NCBI GenBank assembly: GCA_000004695.1
Contig: CM000150.2
Location: 2,944,001 to 3,008,000, forward strand
DNA: 64,000 bases
Direction of reading: 5' to 3'
DNA from: Dictyostelium discoideum
Taxonomy: Eukaryota
The stretch's first letter is position 1; every line of letters begins with the position of its first letter. The notes below the pieces were generated by a model, which was given only the letters and a program-made list of their open reading frames with translations, ran no database searches and was not told the DNA's origin. Below, piece by piece: positions 12,204 through 23,349 of the stretch. The position numbers and the translations under genes were made by a program.

Positions 12204-12742
12204 AATAAATATAAATTAATTTAAAAAAAAAATAAAAAAAATAAAAAAAATAAAAAAAAACAATTTTTTTTTTTTTTTTGCCAAATTTTTTTTTTTTTTT
12301 TTTTTTTATTTTTTTTTCATTTCCAGCATCTCTATTTTTAAATTTTTCTTTAATGTCAAATTTGAATGTTTGAAAAATAATACTAAATAAAAAACAAAAA
12401 AAAATATTCAAGATTTAGTTCATTTATTTTATTTGATTAAAAAAAAAAAATAGAAATTAAATCTTTCAGTTTATTCTTAGTTTTTTTTTTTTTTTTTTTT
12501 TTAAATCTCTTGTGGTCCCATAAAATTTTTTTTAAAAACTTTTTTTAAGGCCTTCAGGTGTTTTTCATTTTTTTTCATTTTTTTTTTTCAAATCAAAATT
12601 TATTTATAAACACAAGAATGGTTGAGAACGACAACCAGATAACAATAAAAACTATAAAATGTAAAAAAAAATTTATTCATTCATTAAATTATCAAATTAA
12701 AAATACATATAAAGCAAACAAATAAATAAACAAATAAATAAA

Positions 12743-13453
12743 ATGTCATCAAATAATAGATCAAATTTAGAAGCAGTTATTAAAGGTATTCAAACCAATA
12801 AAATATTAGAAGTATTTGATAAATATTATCATGATGAAGTTGTAATGTACGAAAATGGTGATTCAACTAATCGTGTTGGTAAATCTGCAAATCGTAAAGC
12901 TGAAGAATCTTTTGTAAATAATGCAACTATCCATGAAGCAAAATTATTAAAAACAATCGTAGATGGTGATAATACAGCATATGAAATGTATATGGATTTC
13001 ACATATGGTGAACATCGTATTAAAAAGAATCAATGGGCATTCCAACAATGGTCAAATGGTTTAATTATTAAAGAGGAGTTTGTTGAAATTAAAACACCAA
13101 CACCAGAACCATCAACTAATATCAAATCAAATTTAGAATCAATTATTAAAGGTATTCAAGATAATAAAATATTAGAAGTATTTGATAAATTCTATCATCA
13201 AGATGTAATTATGTATGAAAAAGGTGATTCGACTAATCGTGTTGGTAAAGCTGCAAATCGTAAAGCTGAAGAATCCTTTGTTAATAATGCAACAATTCAT
13301 GAAGCAAAATTATTAAAATTACTCGTTGATGGTAATAATACAGCATATGAAATGTATATGGATTTCACATATGGCGAACATCGTATCAAAAAGAATCAAT
13401 GGGCCGTTCAACAATGGTCAAATGATTTAGTTATCAAAGAAGAATTTTATTAA
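12743..13453 (+). CDS. Two-domain NTF2-like/SnoaL-like protein, array copy 2. 236 aa.
   Basis: More than 95% identical to copies 3-5, with the same internal two-domain structure. The conserved 5' spacer carries a TCCCATAAAAT motif and a CTATAAAATG box. Confidence 0.75.
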   Translation: MSSNNRSNLEAVIKGIQTNKILEVFDKYYHDEVVMYENGDSTNRVGKSANRKAEESFVNNATIHEAKLLKTIVDGDNTAYEMYMDFTYGEHRIKKNQWAFQQWSNGLIIKEEFVEIKTPTPEPSTNIKSNLESIIKGIQDNKILEVFDKFYHQDVIMYEKGDSTNRVGKAANRKAEESFVNNATIHEAKLLKLLVDGNNTAYEMYMDFTYGEHRIKKNQWAVQQWSNDLVIKEEFY

Positions 13454-14177
13454 ATAAACTTTTTATTTTTTAAAAATGTACAATAAATTTTAAATAAAAC
13501 AAAGAATTTACATATTTTTTAATCTATTAATTTTTTTTTTATTTATTTAATAATTCATTTTTTGTTGATAATATATAGAGTGTATTTTTTTTTTTTTTTT
13601 CCAGATTTTTAATCATTTTCCAATATTAAATTTCACAAAATCTTTAAAAATAATTTTAAAAAATTTCATCTTCTTCAAATTTTGCATTAAAAATTTCTTA
13701 TTTTCATTTATTTATTTATTGTTTTTTAAAGATACACTTTTCTTAAAAATAAAAAAACCCACAAAAATGAATGGTAAGAAATTAAATTCTAAAACAGAAT
13801 AACATTCATTTTTTATATTTTATTTCATTTTATGTATTTTTGAGTGCTCTATTTTTATTTCTACCAAATTCATATCAAAAAAAAAAAAAATTTGATACTT
13901 CTTTTAAAATAAAAAAAAAAAAAGATAGTATTTTGTTTGTCCCATAAAATTTTGAAAATTTTTTTTTTTGTTCTGGTGTTTTAAAATTTTTCTTTTTTTT
14001 TTTTCAGATTAAAATTTATTAACAAGAATACCAAACTCAAGAATACTTGAGAATGATAGCGAGTTGTTTTACATAATGATAAAAACTATAAAATGTAAAA
14101 TAATAAAAAAAAATAATCATTCATTAAAAAATAATCAACAAAAATAAATATAAAATTTAAATATAAAAACAAATATA

Positions 14178-14222
<45 letters not shown>

Positions 14223-14223
14223 A

Positions 14224-14937
14224 ATGTCATCAAATAATAAATTAATTTTAGAAGCAGTTATTAAAGGTATTCAAACCAATAAAATATTAGAAGTATTTGA
14301 TAAATATTATCATGATGAAATTGTAATGTATGAAAATGGTGATTCAACTAATCGTGTGGGTAAATCTGCAAATCGTAAAGCTGAAGAATCTTTTGTAAAT
14401 AATGCAACAATCCATGAAGCAAAATTATTAAAAACAATCATTGATGGTGATAATACAGCATACGAAATGTATATGGATTTCACATATGGCGAACATCGTA
14501 TCAAAAAGAATCAATGGGCATTCCAACAATGGTCAAATGGTTTAATTATTAAAGAAGAATTCGTTGAAATTAAAACACCACCAACACCAGAACCATCAAC
14601 TAACATCAAATCAAATTTAGAATCAATTATTAAAGGTATTCAAGATAATAAAATATTAGAAGTATTCGATAAATTTTACCATCAAGATGTAATTATGTAT
14701 GAAAAAGGTGATTCGACTAATCGTGTTGGTAAATCTGCAAATCGTAAAGCTGAAGAATCCTTTGTTAATAATGCAATAATTCATGAAGCAAAATTATTAA
14801 AATTACTCGTTGATGGTAATAATACAGCATATGAAATGTATATGGATTTCACATATGGCGAACATCGTATCAAAAAGAATCAATGGGCCGTTCAACAATG
14901 GTCAAATGATTTAGTTATCAAAGAAGAATTTTATTAA
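14224..14937 (+). CDS. Two-domain NTF2-like/SnoaL-like protein, array copy 3. 237 aa.
   Basis: Near-identical paralog. About 1.5 kb periodicity with its neighbours. Confidence 0.75.
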   Translation: MSSNNKLILEAVIKGIQTNKILEVFDKYYHDEIVMYENGDSTNRVGKSANRKAEESFVNNATIHEAKLLKTIIDGDNTAYEMYMDFTYGEHRIKKNQWAFQQWSNGLIIKEEFVEIKTPPTPEPSTNIKSNLESIIKGIQDNKILEVFDKFYHQDVIMYEKGDSTNRVGKSANRKAEESFVNNAIIHEAKLLKLLVDGNNTAYEMYMDFTYGEHRIKKNQWAVQQWSNDLVIKEEFY

Positions 14938-15477
14938 ATAAAATTTCTCTTTTTTAAAAATGTACAATAAATTTTAAATAAAACAAAGAATATACATATT
15001 TTTTAATCTATTAATTGGTTTTTTATTTTATTTCTGATATTTTTTTAATTTTAATTTTTATTTTTTTTAGATTTTTAATCATTTTCTAAAATAATATTTC
15101 ATCTTTATAAAAATTAATCTGAACTTCTCCAAATTTTATTACTGCACAATAAATTTCTTATTTTCATTTATTTATTTTTTTGTTTTTATAAAAAAAAGAT
15201 AAATGAGTAAAATAATTTAAATAATTAAATTAAATAAATGAATTAAATAAATTTTTTTTTTTTTTTTTTCATAATTTTAATTTTCAAATCAAAAAATAAA
15301 AAGGTAAATTTATTAAGTCTTGAATAATTTTATATGTTTTTTTTTTAAAATTATATTTATTCAAACACTCAAATTTTACATTAAAAAAAACAAATAAAAA
15401 ATATCCAATTTAATAAATTTTTATTACATTTAAAAATAAAAAATAAATTGTAATATAATTAAATTTTAAAACTAAAA

Positions 15478-15512
<35 letters not shown>

Positions 15513-15763
15513 TGAAAATGTTTTTTTTAATTTCCATCCCATAAATTTTTTTTAAAAAAACTTGTTTTGTTCTGGTGTTTTCATTTTTTTTTTTTTTCTG
15601 AATAAAATTTATTAATAGGCCCAGAATACTTGAGAATGGTAGTAAGTTATTTAAGATAACAATAAAAACTATAAAATGTAAAAAAAAAAAAAAATAATAA
15701 TCATTCATTAAAATAAAATCAACGATAATCAAAAATAAATAAATAAATAAATTAATAAATAAA

Positions 15764-16474
15764 ATGTCATCAAATAACAAATTAAATTTAGAAGCAGTTA
15801 TTAAAGGTATTCAAACCAATAAAATATTAGAAGTATTTGATAAATATTATCATGATGAAGTTGTAATGTACGAAAATGGTGATTCAACTAATCGTGTTGG
15901 TAAATCTGCAAATCGTAAAGCTGAAGAATCCTTTGTAAATAATGCAACAATTCATGAAGCAAAATTATTAAAAACAATCGTAGATGGTGATAATACAGCA
16001 TATGAAATGTATATGGATTTCACATATGGCGAACATCGTATTAAAAAGAGTCAATGGGCATTCCAACAATGGTCAAATGGTTTAATTATTAAAGAGGAGT
16101 TTGTTGAAATTAAAACACCAACACCAGAACCATCAACTAACATCAAATCAAATTTAGAATCAATTATTAAAGGTATTCAAGATAATAAAATATTAGAAGT
16201 ATTTGATAAATATTACCATCAAGATATAATTATGTATGAAAAAGGTGATTCGACTAATCGTGTTGGTAAATCTGCAAATCGTAAAGCTGAAGAATCTTTT
16301 GTTAATAATGCAACAATTCATGAAGCAAAACTATTAAAAGTACTTGTAGATGGTAATAATACAGCATATGAAATGTATATGGATTTCACATATGGCGAAC
16401 ATCGTATCAAAAAGAATCAATGGGCCGTTCAACAATGGTCAAATGATTTAGTTATCAAAGAAGAATTTTATTAA
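15764..16474 (+). CDS. Two-domain NTF2-like/SnoaL-like protein, array copy 4. 236 aa.
   Basis: Near-identical paralog. Confidence 0.75.
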   Translation: MSSNNKLNLEAVIKGIQTNKILEVFDKYYHDEVVMYENGDSTNRVGKSANRKAEESFVNNATIHEAKLLKTIVDGDNTAYEMYMDFTYGEHRIKKSQWAFQQWSNGLIIKEEFVEIKTPTPEPSTNIKSNLESIIKGIQDNKILEVFDKYYHQDIIMYEKGDSTNRVGKSANRKAEESFVNNATIHEAKLLKVLVDGNNTAYEMYMDFTYGEHRIKKNQWAVQQWSNDLVIKEEFY

Positions 16475-17357
16475 ATAAAATTTTTATTTTTTAAAAATGT
16501 ACAATAAAATTTAAATAAAAGAATTTTACATACTTGTTTATCTATTAATTTTTTTTTAAAACTATGTTGTATTTTTTTATTTATTTAAATATTCATTTTT
16601 TGTTGATAACATATAGAGTGTATTTTTTTTTTAAAGATTTTTAATCATTTTCCAATATTAAATTTCATATTGATAAAATTGTTCTGAACTTCTTCAAAAT
16701 TTCAATTATATATTTCTTATTTTATTTTATTGTTTTTTAAAAAAAAGATAAATGAGAGGGCAGAATAAAATAATTAAAAAGTTATTACCTTTTTAATTTT
16801 AGAACCAAAAAAAAAAAATCTTTATTTTTTTATTTTTTTTTTTTTTTTTACATAAAAAAAAAAAATATCAATTTAATCAAATAAAATTTTTTTTTCCTTG
16901 CTCGTTGTTTTTAAAAATAAAAAAAAAATTACAAAAATGATTAAATACTAAAACAGAAAAATATTCATTTATTGTTATAATTTATTTCATTTTGTGTATT
17001 TTTTGAGTGCTCTATTTTTATCAAAAACACCTCCAAAAAAAAAAAAATATTTTTCGTGTCCCATAAAATTTTTTTAAAATTTTTTTTTGTTCTGGTGTTT
17101 TAATATTTTTCTTTTTTTTTTTTCGGATTAAAATTTATTAACAAGAATACCAAACCCAAGAATACTTGAGAATGATAGCGAGTTGTTTTACATAATGATA
17201 AAAACTATAAAATGTAAAATAAAAAATAAAAATAATCATTCATTAAAAAAATATCAACAATAACCAAAAATAAATATAAAATTCTTTCTTTTTTTTTAAA
17301 AACAAATAAATTAAAAATAAAAAAATAAAAAAACAAATAAATAAATTAATAAATAAA

Positions 17358-18071
17358 ATGTCATCAAATAATAAATTAAATTTAGAAGCAGTTATTAAAG
17401 GTATTCAAACCAATAAAATATTAGAAGTATTTGATAAATATTATCATGATGAAGTTGTAATGTACGAAAATGGTGATTCAACTAATCGTGTTGGTAAATC
17501 TGCAAATCGTAAAGCTGAAGAATCTTTTGTAAATAATGCAACAATCCATGAAGCAAAATTATTAAAAACAATCGTAGATGGTGATAATACAGCATACGAA
17601 ATGTATATGGATTTCACATATGGCGAACATCGTATCAAAAAGAATCAATGGGCATTCCAACAATGGTCAAATGGTTTAATTATTAAAGAAGAATTCGTTG
17701 AAATTAAAACACCACCAACACCAGAACCATCAACTAACATCAAATCAAATTTAGAATCAATTATTAAAGGTATTCAAGATAATAAAATATTAGAAGTATT
17801 TGATAAATTCTATCATCAAGATGTAATTATGTATGAAAAAGGTGATTCGACTAATCGTGTTGGTAAATCTGCAAATCGTAAAGCTGAAGAATCTTTTGTT
17901 AATAATGCAACTATTCATGAAGCAAAACTATTAAAAGTACTTGTAGATGGTAATAATACAGCATATGAAATGTATATGGATTTCACATATGGCGAACATC
18001 GTATCAAAAAGAATCAATGGGCCGTTCAACAATGGTCAAATGATTTAGTTATCAAAGAAGAATTTTATTAA
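17358..18071 (+). CDS. Two-domain NTF2-like/SnoaL-like protein, array copy 5. 237 aa.
   Basis: Near-identical paralog. Last unit of the array before the retrotransposon insertion. Confidence 0.75.
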   Translation: MSSNNKLNLEAVIKGIQTNKILEVFDKYYHDEVVMYENGDSTNRVGKSANRKAEESFVNNATIHEAKLLKTIVDGDNTAYEMYMDFTYGEHRIKKNQWAFQQWSNGLIIKEEFVEIKTPPTPEPSTNIKSNLESIIKGIQDNKILEVFDKFYHQDVIMYEKGDSTNRVGKSANRKAEESFVNNATIHEAKLLKVLVDGNNTAYEMYMDFTYGEHRIKKNQWAVQQWSNDLVIKEEFY

Positions 18072-18329
18072 ATACAATAAAATTTTTATTTTTTAAAAAT
18101 GTACAATAAAATTTAAATTTAACTTTTTTTTTTTTAAATATTGATTAATCATAGTTTATCCATTTGAGGAAATAAGCAATATTTAATAGTTTTATTTATG
18201 AATTTTAATTTTAAAAAGAAATTTAACACACATATTTTTTTTTTTTTTTGTTTTTATTTTTAAAAATTGGTCAGTGTTAGGCAATATTTAATATGGTTTA
18301 TATTAATCAAAGATCAGATGCAGACCGGA

Positions 18330-18332
18330 ACT

Positions 18333-18344
<12 letters not shown>
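18330..18344. repeat. Target-site duplication (3' flank copy) of the TRE3 insertion. Its partner lies at 23038-23052.
   Basis: An identical 15-mer, cagaccggaactgtt, lies directly outside the poly(A) end and directly outside the 5' end of the element. On the tRNA strand it reads aacagttccggtctg, which resembles a downstream external B-box. Confidence 0.7.
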
Positions 18345-18374
<30 letters not shown>

Positions 18375-18492
18375 TAAAAGCGGTGTATTGTTATATTTTA
18401 TTACATTTTTAAATTTTTAGATTTTTAAATTTTTAAATTTTTATATTGTTATATGTTGATATTTTTGGTTATATTATGATTACTACTACTTG

Positions 18493-18519
<27 letters not shown>

Positions 18520-18523
<4 letters not shown>

Positions 18524-21500
18524 TCTAATGGAATTGGGTTTGGAGTGTTCGGGTTATGCCATGATGTGTTGAAGTTGATTATTAATTGGTCTCTGTTATT
18601 TAATTTGTATATTGTTTCATTCCTTTCGATCTTCTTTATTAAAATGAATTTCTCTATTTTAATTAAGTTGGTTAGTTCTTTTTCAATTAATGTTGGATCA
18701 AATGAGGGTGGAGATTTAGATTCGTCTTGATTGAATAGTTTGTGACAAATTATTCTCCATAGTTGATGTATAATTATGCCGATTAAATTTGGGTAGATTC
18801 TTTCTTTTTTATTTGTTTTGCTAATATCTAGTGAATTGAGATCCCAATTTCTGATCTTGAAGAATGAGAGATTGTTGAATGTTGAAATTATTATGTTTTC
18901 TATTTCTTTTACTTGCATACAGTCTATAAAAAGGTGAGTGTATGGGTCACGGATTATATTGTTACAGATTTTGCATGGTACGTTACGTTCATAGTTGATT
19001 CCAGGAAGTGACCTTGAGAAAAATCTGAATAGTGTATTTCTACCTTTTTGATGTGATATGTGGTTGATATGTTGGAAGATGGATGGTATGTTGATGTTAT
19101 TTATTGAAATTAGATTTTTTTGTCCATCTGTTTTTCTTATTGATTTGTATTTGTGAGTGATTAACATGTTATAGATTTCTTTAAGTTGAAGTGGCTTTTT
19201 GTTTTGACCTTTGATACAATCAGGTAGTGATTTTAGTTTATTGTGTTGTGGTGAAAAGTTGTTTCTAAAATCTTTCCATCTGTCTACCATCTCTCTTAAT
19301 CCAATTGATATATATTTGCTGTTGCTGATTTGTTCCATATACCATTCTTGTAGTATGTTGCATGCTTTTATCTTGATAATGTGTAATAATCTATTCATGT
19401 TCCAAACTTTGAATGCTATTTGTCTGATACCTAAGTCCCACATCTTAATTCCACCTTCTTTCCAATCACCATATGCTCTATCCATTGTCATTAATGTTCT
19501 ATATTTATGTTCTTCTGTGTATGTATTTTTAATTGCGGAGAAGAGGAACCATTTAATGATATTGTTTAGTTCAGTAATGTGTGATTCATTTAGTGAGTCT
19601 AGATATTGATGGTAGGATAATCTCGATAGCGCATATGTTTTGACAATTGTCATCTTTGCTCTTATTGTAGTTGCTTGACTTTTCCAATTGTTTAAGCTAT
19701 CTTTGATTGAGTTGATGATTGATGTGATTTTTGAATTGAGGCCCACTTTCGTGAAATTGAGACCCAAGTATCTTTCTGGAGCTTCACTAATCTTAAATGG
19801 GAGGTTTGGTGGTATATTACCAATGCATATCATAACAGTTTTCTCTTGATTAAGTTTTGAAGATGTACCTAGACAGTAGTTGTTGATTTTATCCAATACT
19901 AATTTTAATTCTTCTGCTGAGTTGTTGAAAGTTGACATATCATCTGCGAATGCTGTTAGCTTGATTCTTTTCTGGTCTGATCATTTAAATCCTTTAATTT
20001 CGTTTTCTTTAAGTATATCAATTAGTAGTGCTTCCATTACAAGTGCAAATATTGTTGGTGATAATGGATCTCCTTGTTTTGTGCCTCTGTTAACTGTAAT
20101 GTGTCCCACCAGGAAGTCATTTATCTTGATCTTATTCGTTGTTTCTTTTAATAGATTCATTATTAATTCTACTATCGTTTTTGGTATGCCAATGTGGCTC
20201 AATGTTCTTCTGATACTTTTGTGGCTAATTGAGTCGAAAGCTTTGTTGAAATCGAAGAATGTGATTAACGTAGTACTGTTTCTTGATTTGTTTGCTCTTT
20301 CGATTACCTCCTTCATTATTTGAATATTATCTTGGATGTAACGATTTGGAACAAACCCATTTTGAAATTTGTTTATTATTTTCTTTGTAACTGCAAGTAA
20401 ACGGTTGTTGATGATCTTACTTAATAGTTTGTAGTCCGTATTGAGTAGAGTAATTGGTCTTCTATTAGCTATTTGTAGTTCATCTCCTTTCTTGAATAGT
20501 GTTGTGATAAATCCTTCTTTGAATTTTGGATTGATTTCTTTTTGATTAGTTAATGTATCATTAAATACTTTTGCTAAGATTGTTGAAAGTGATGCAGAGT
20601 GGTTTCTATATAATGCAGCATTGATTCCATCTAGTCCTGGAGATTTGTGTGGATTAGAATTTTTAATTGCATTATTGACTTCTTTTGGTGTGATTGCACT
20701 ATCTAATGATAGTCTGGAAATGTATTGTTTGTCCACTATCCATTTATCCAATAGTTCCTTGTGTTTACTTTCATTATCTGGTTTTTCATCGTATTGTTCT
20801 TGATAGAATTCTAAGAAGCATTTGGCTATTTCAACTTTTTCTGATACAATTGTTCCATCTTTGTTTTTAATTTGGAATATGGATCTGTCCTTTTTCCTTT
20901 TCTTTAGTTTACTTGTTAGATATCTACTTGGAGTTTCTTGGTTTAAGTGAAGTTTCAATTTGGTTTCCCATTGTTTATTTGCTTCTTCTTCTTTCAATAA
21001 CTCTTCCATTTCGTCTTCTAGTTGCTTTCTTTGACCAGGGTATAAATCTTCTCTTTCAATTAATCTATGTAATCTACTCTTCTTTTTGTTTTTTTCCTTT
21101 TTTATCAAGTTCTGTTGCTTTTTGAGATGGTGCCTGATTGTATAATTCTTAAAGTGGATCCAGTCATCTAGTGTGTTGATGTATTGTTTGTTGTTTTCTA
21201 TGATTTGCGAGATTTCTTCATGAATTGTTGGATCAGCCAATGTTTCTTTGCATAATGTCCACGGGAGTTTTTCAATTTTGATGTTGTTGATGTTGATATC
21301 GTTTGCGCTATTGTTATTCATTTTTAAATCTATTGAAATAGGTGTGTGGTCAGATTTGTTGTAAATATCTTCATGCACCCTTAGCGGGTTTGAACCCACC
21401 ATTGTTGGTTTACAATAAATTCTGTCCAATCTGCTATTAGATCTTGAAAAAGTTGCGATATTGTTGTTTGCACCTATATCTTTCAGGTTGCTTTCTTCAA

Positions 21501-21972
21501 TTATACTTCTGATACCAATACCATAGTGTGAATTGTTGTTGTGGTCTGCATTAAAGTCACCTGCAATGATGTCATGTTTGATTTTTTGATCTTTAATGAG
21601 ATTCTTTGCTGCTATAATGAATGCATTTCTTCTAGGTATTGATGCTGGGGCATAAATTAAAAGGATGTTGATGTTGATATACGAATTGAACTTAACTGAT
21701 AATATTCTACCTTCTGTATCTTTGAAATTTACTGTTAGATAGCCAGTGCTTAAATTTCTATTCTCTATTGATACACCAGTGCCTTTACCGTTTCCATGAT
21801 CTATCCTTTCATAGTTGAACATTGATTTATAATGATTGAATGTTGAACCGTTTGTTTCTGTAAGTAATGTGATTTGGGGACCTATTCTCTTGATCGTTTC
21901 TTCAGCTTTTTTATTTGAGAGAGGGCTTGAACTACCTCTGCAATTCCATAATAAAATTTTTAATTTTTCCAT
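18520..21972 (-). CDS. Retrotransposon ORF2 (apurinic-type endonuclease plus reverse transcriptase plus zinc-finger-like motif), interrupted by a single in-frame TGA at 19978-19980.
   Basis: APE domain: MEKLKILLWNCRGSS...LLTETNG. RT motifs: PITLLNTDYKLLSKII, FDFNKAFDSISH, QGDPLSPTIFALVMEAL, and the FADD box, which lies just after the stop (...GFK*SDQKRIKLTAFADDMSTF). The two track ORFs, 19981..21972 and 18520..19938, are in the same frame and are separated only by this one TGA. Confidence 0.75.
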
Positions 21973-22179
21973 CCTCTTGATAGGGTTGGGTTACCATTTG
22001 GTGGTTGACCACCACTTGGTTTTGTTTGTGTAGTAATATTGTTTGTTGTATTTGAGTTGTTTAATTTATTTGTGATGATTGTTTTGTTGTTGTTGTTGAG
22101 ATTTTTGTCGTTGTTATTATTGCTGTTGTTATTATTATTGTTGTTGTTGTTGGAGTTATTGGAGTTATTGGAGTTATTG

Positions 22180-22259
<80 letters not shown>

Positions 22260-22907
22260 TTGTATTATATTTGTATTATTGATAGCTTGATTGGTTGTTG
22301 TTTGTTTTTTGTTTTTCTTTTTAGCTTCCTCCCTATCTTCTCTACTAATAGATTCACAGAAGTATACTTTAATTTGATTGTTGTTGTTTTTATATGACTG
22401 AATTTGATTATTGATTATATTTGTATTTGTTGATTTGTTGAATAGTATTATTGCTGAATATCTGTGCACATCATTCATAATTTTAACGTTGCATTCATCA
22501 ACTTCCACTGCTTCTACTCCCATGTTTGTTTGTACATCTTCTTTTGTTATTGCTTTTGTTATATTTTTTGTGAAGGTATAGAAGTGGAGGTAGTGGTGAT
22601 TAGGAAAGTATGGGATGAATCTTTGAATTCTATATATTCCATCCTCATCCTTTATTTGAAATGTGCAAAATGAATCGTGTAGATGTTTCAAATTTTCTTT
22701 TAGAATTCTACCCAACACTGTTATACCTTTTGATTTTCTAATTATTGTTTTATCTTTGAGGAGTGTATTGTCAATGAATTTGAGAGTATTACTATTTAAT
22801 TCTGCTGTATTTGGGTAGTATAGTCTGATTTTATATGTTGAGTTATTTAGTAATTCTTCATTGAATACAAATTTGTTACTGATGAGATTGAAAAAGTTAT
22901 TGTTCAT
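21960..22907 (-). CDS. Retrotransposon ORF1 protein with a long poly-Asn tract. 315 aa.
   Basis: Sits at the 5' end of the element and overlaps the ORF2 start by 13 nt. The (AAT)n run at about 22100-22260 encodes poly-N. Confidence 0.6.
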
Positions 22908-22938
22908 TTTTTTTTTTTTTTTTTTTTTTTATTTTTTT

Positions 22939-22982
<44 letters not shown>

Positions 22983-23070
22983 TATTTTATTACGTGATTG
23001 TTAATTATTTGTTGATAGTTTGTTGATTGATTGTGCTCAGACCGGAACTGTTGACATATGGTTCCTAAGT

Positions 23071-23076
23071 AAAAAA
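23071..23076 (-). terminator. Pol III oligo-T terminator of the tRNA-Ser gene.
   Basis: TTTTTT on the tRNA strand, 3 nt after the discriminator base. Confidence 0.6.
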
Positions 23077-23079
23077 GAT

Positions 23080-23161
23080 CGACATCGGCAGGGTTCGAAC
23101 CTGCGCCTCCTAGGAGATTTGATTTCAAGTCAAACGCGTTAGACCACTTCGCTACGATGTC
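23080..23161 (-). tRNA. tRNA-Ser (anticodon UGA).
   Basis: The minus-strand sequence GACATCGTAGCGAAGTGGTCTAACGCGTTTGACTTGAAATCAAATCTCCTAGGAGGCGCAGGTTCGAACCCTGCCGATGTCG folds as follows. A 7-bp acceptor stem (GACATCG/CGATGTC) plus discriminator G. A 3-bp D-stem with an AGTGGTCTAA loop. Anticodon stem TTTGA/TCAAA with loop CTTGAAA, giving anticodon TGA. A long variable arm, typical of type II Ser tRNAs. T-arm GCAGG-TTCGAAC-CCTGC. A T6 run follows. Confidence 0.85.
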
Positions 23162-23349
23162 TTTTGATGATATTTTGAGTTGATAGCAAAAAAAATTAGT
23201 AAAATTTCAAAAATGTATTTGAACACTAAAAAAGGTTCAGAATTGAAAATTAAGATAAAAAAGAAAGAAAATATTAAATTCTGAAATGATTATAATTTTA
23301 AAATATTTCCTTTTATTGTTAAATCCATTATTATAATAATAAATGTTTA

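Larger units (their letters stand above)
18345..23037 (-). mobile_element. TRE3-type tRNA-gene-targeted non-LTR (LINE-like) retrotransposon, about 4.69 kb, with a poly(A) tail and a flanking 15-bp target-site duplication.
   Basis: On the minus strand: ORF1 (22907..21960), an overlapping ORF2 (21972..18520) with APE endonuclease, RT (FADD) and a C-terminal Cys-His motif (CKICNNIIRDPYTHLFIDC), then a 28-nt poly(A) tail (plus-strand T-run 18345-18372). The direct repeat cagaccggaactgtt occurs at 18330-18344 and 23038-23052 and is read as the target-site duplication. The element lies about 28-42 bp downstream of the 3' end of a minus-strand tRNA-Ser gene, with the 5' end of the element facing the tRNA, as described for TRE3 elements. 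The length suggests a TRE3-C-like member; the subfamily was not verified. Confidence 0.8.

Noticed and set aside
14001-14100. Possible small structured RNA downstream of the spacer DUSE-like motif (CTCAAGAATACTTGAG hairpin)
   Set aside because: The hairpin is not conserved in the other array spacers (12600, 15620, 17150). It is more likely part of the mRNA leader or promoter. Kept only as a low-confidence alternative in the findings.
14310-14504. Antisense 64-aa ORFs inside the NTF2-like genes (also 17444-17638 and 55178-55369)
   Set aside because: They are conserved only because the sense genes are conserved copies. They have no start context and low-complexity content, and they overlap well-supported CDSs on the other strand.
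22039-22290. Poly-Leu 83-aa ORF
   Set aside because: Antisense of the poly-Asn (AAT)n tract in retrotransposon ORF1.
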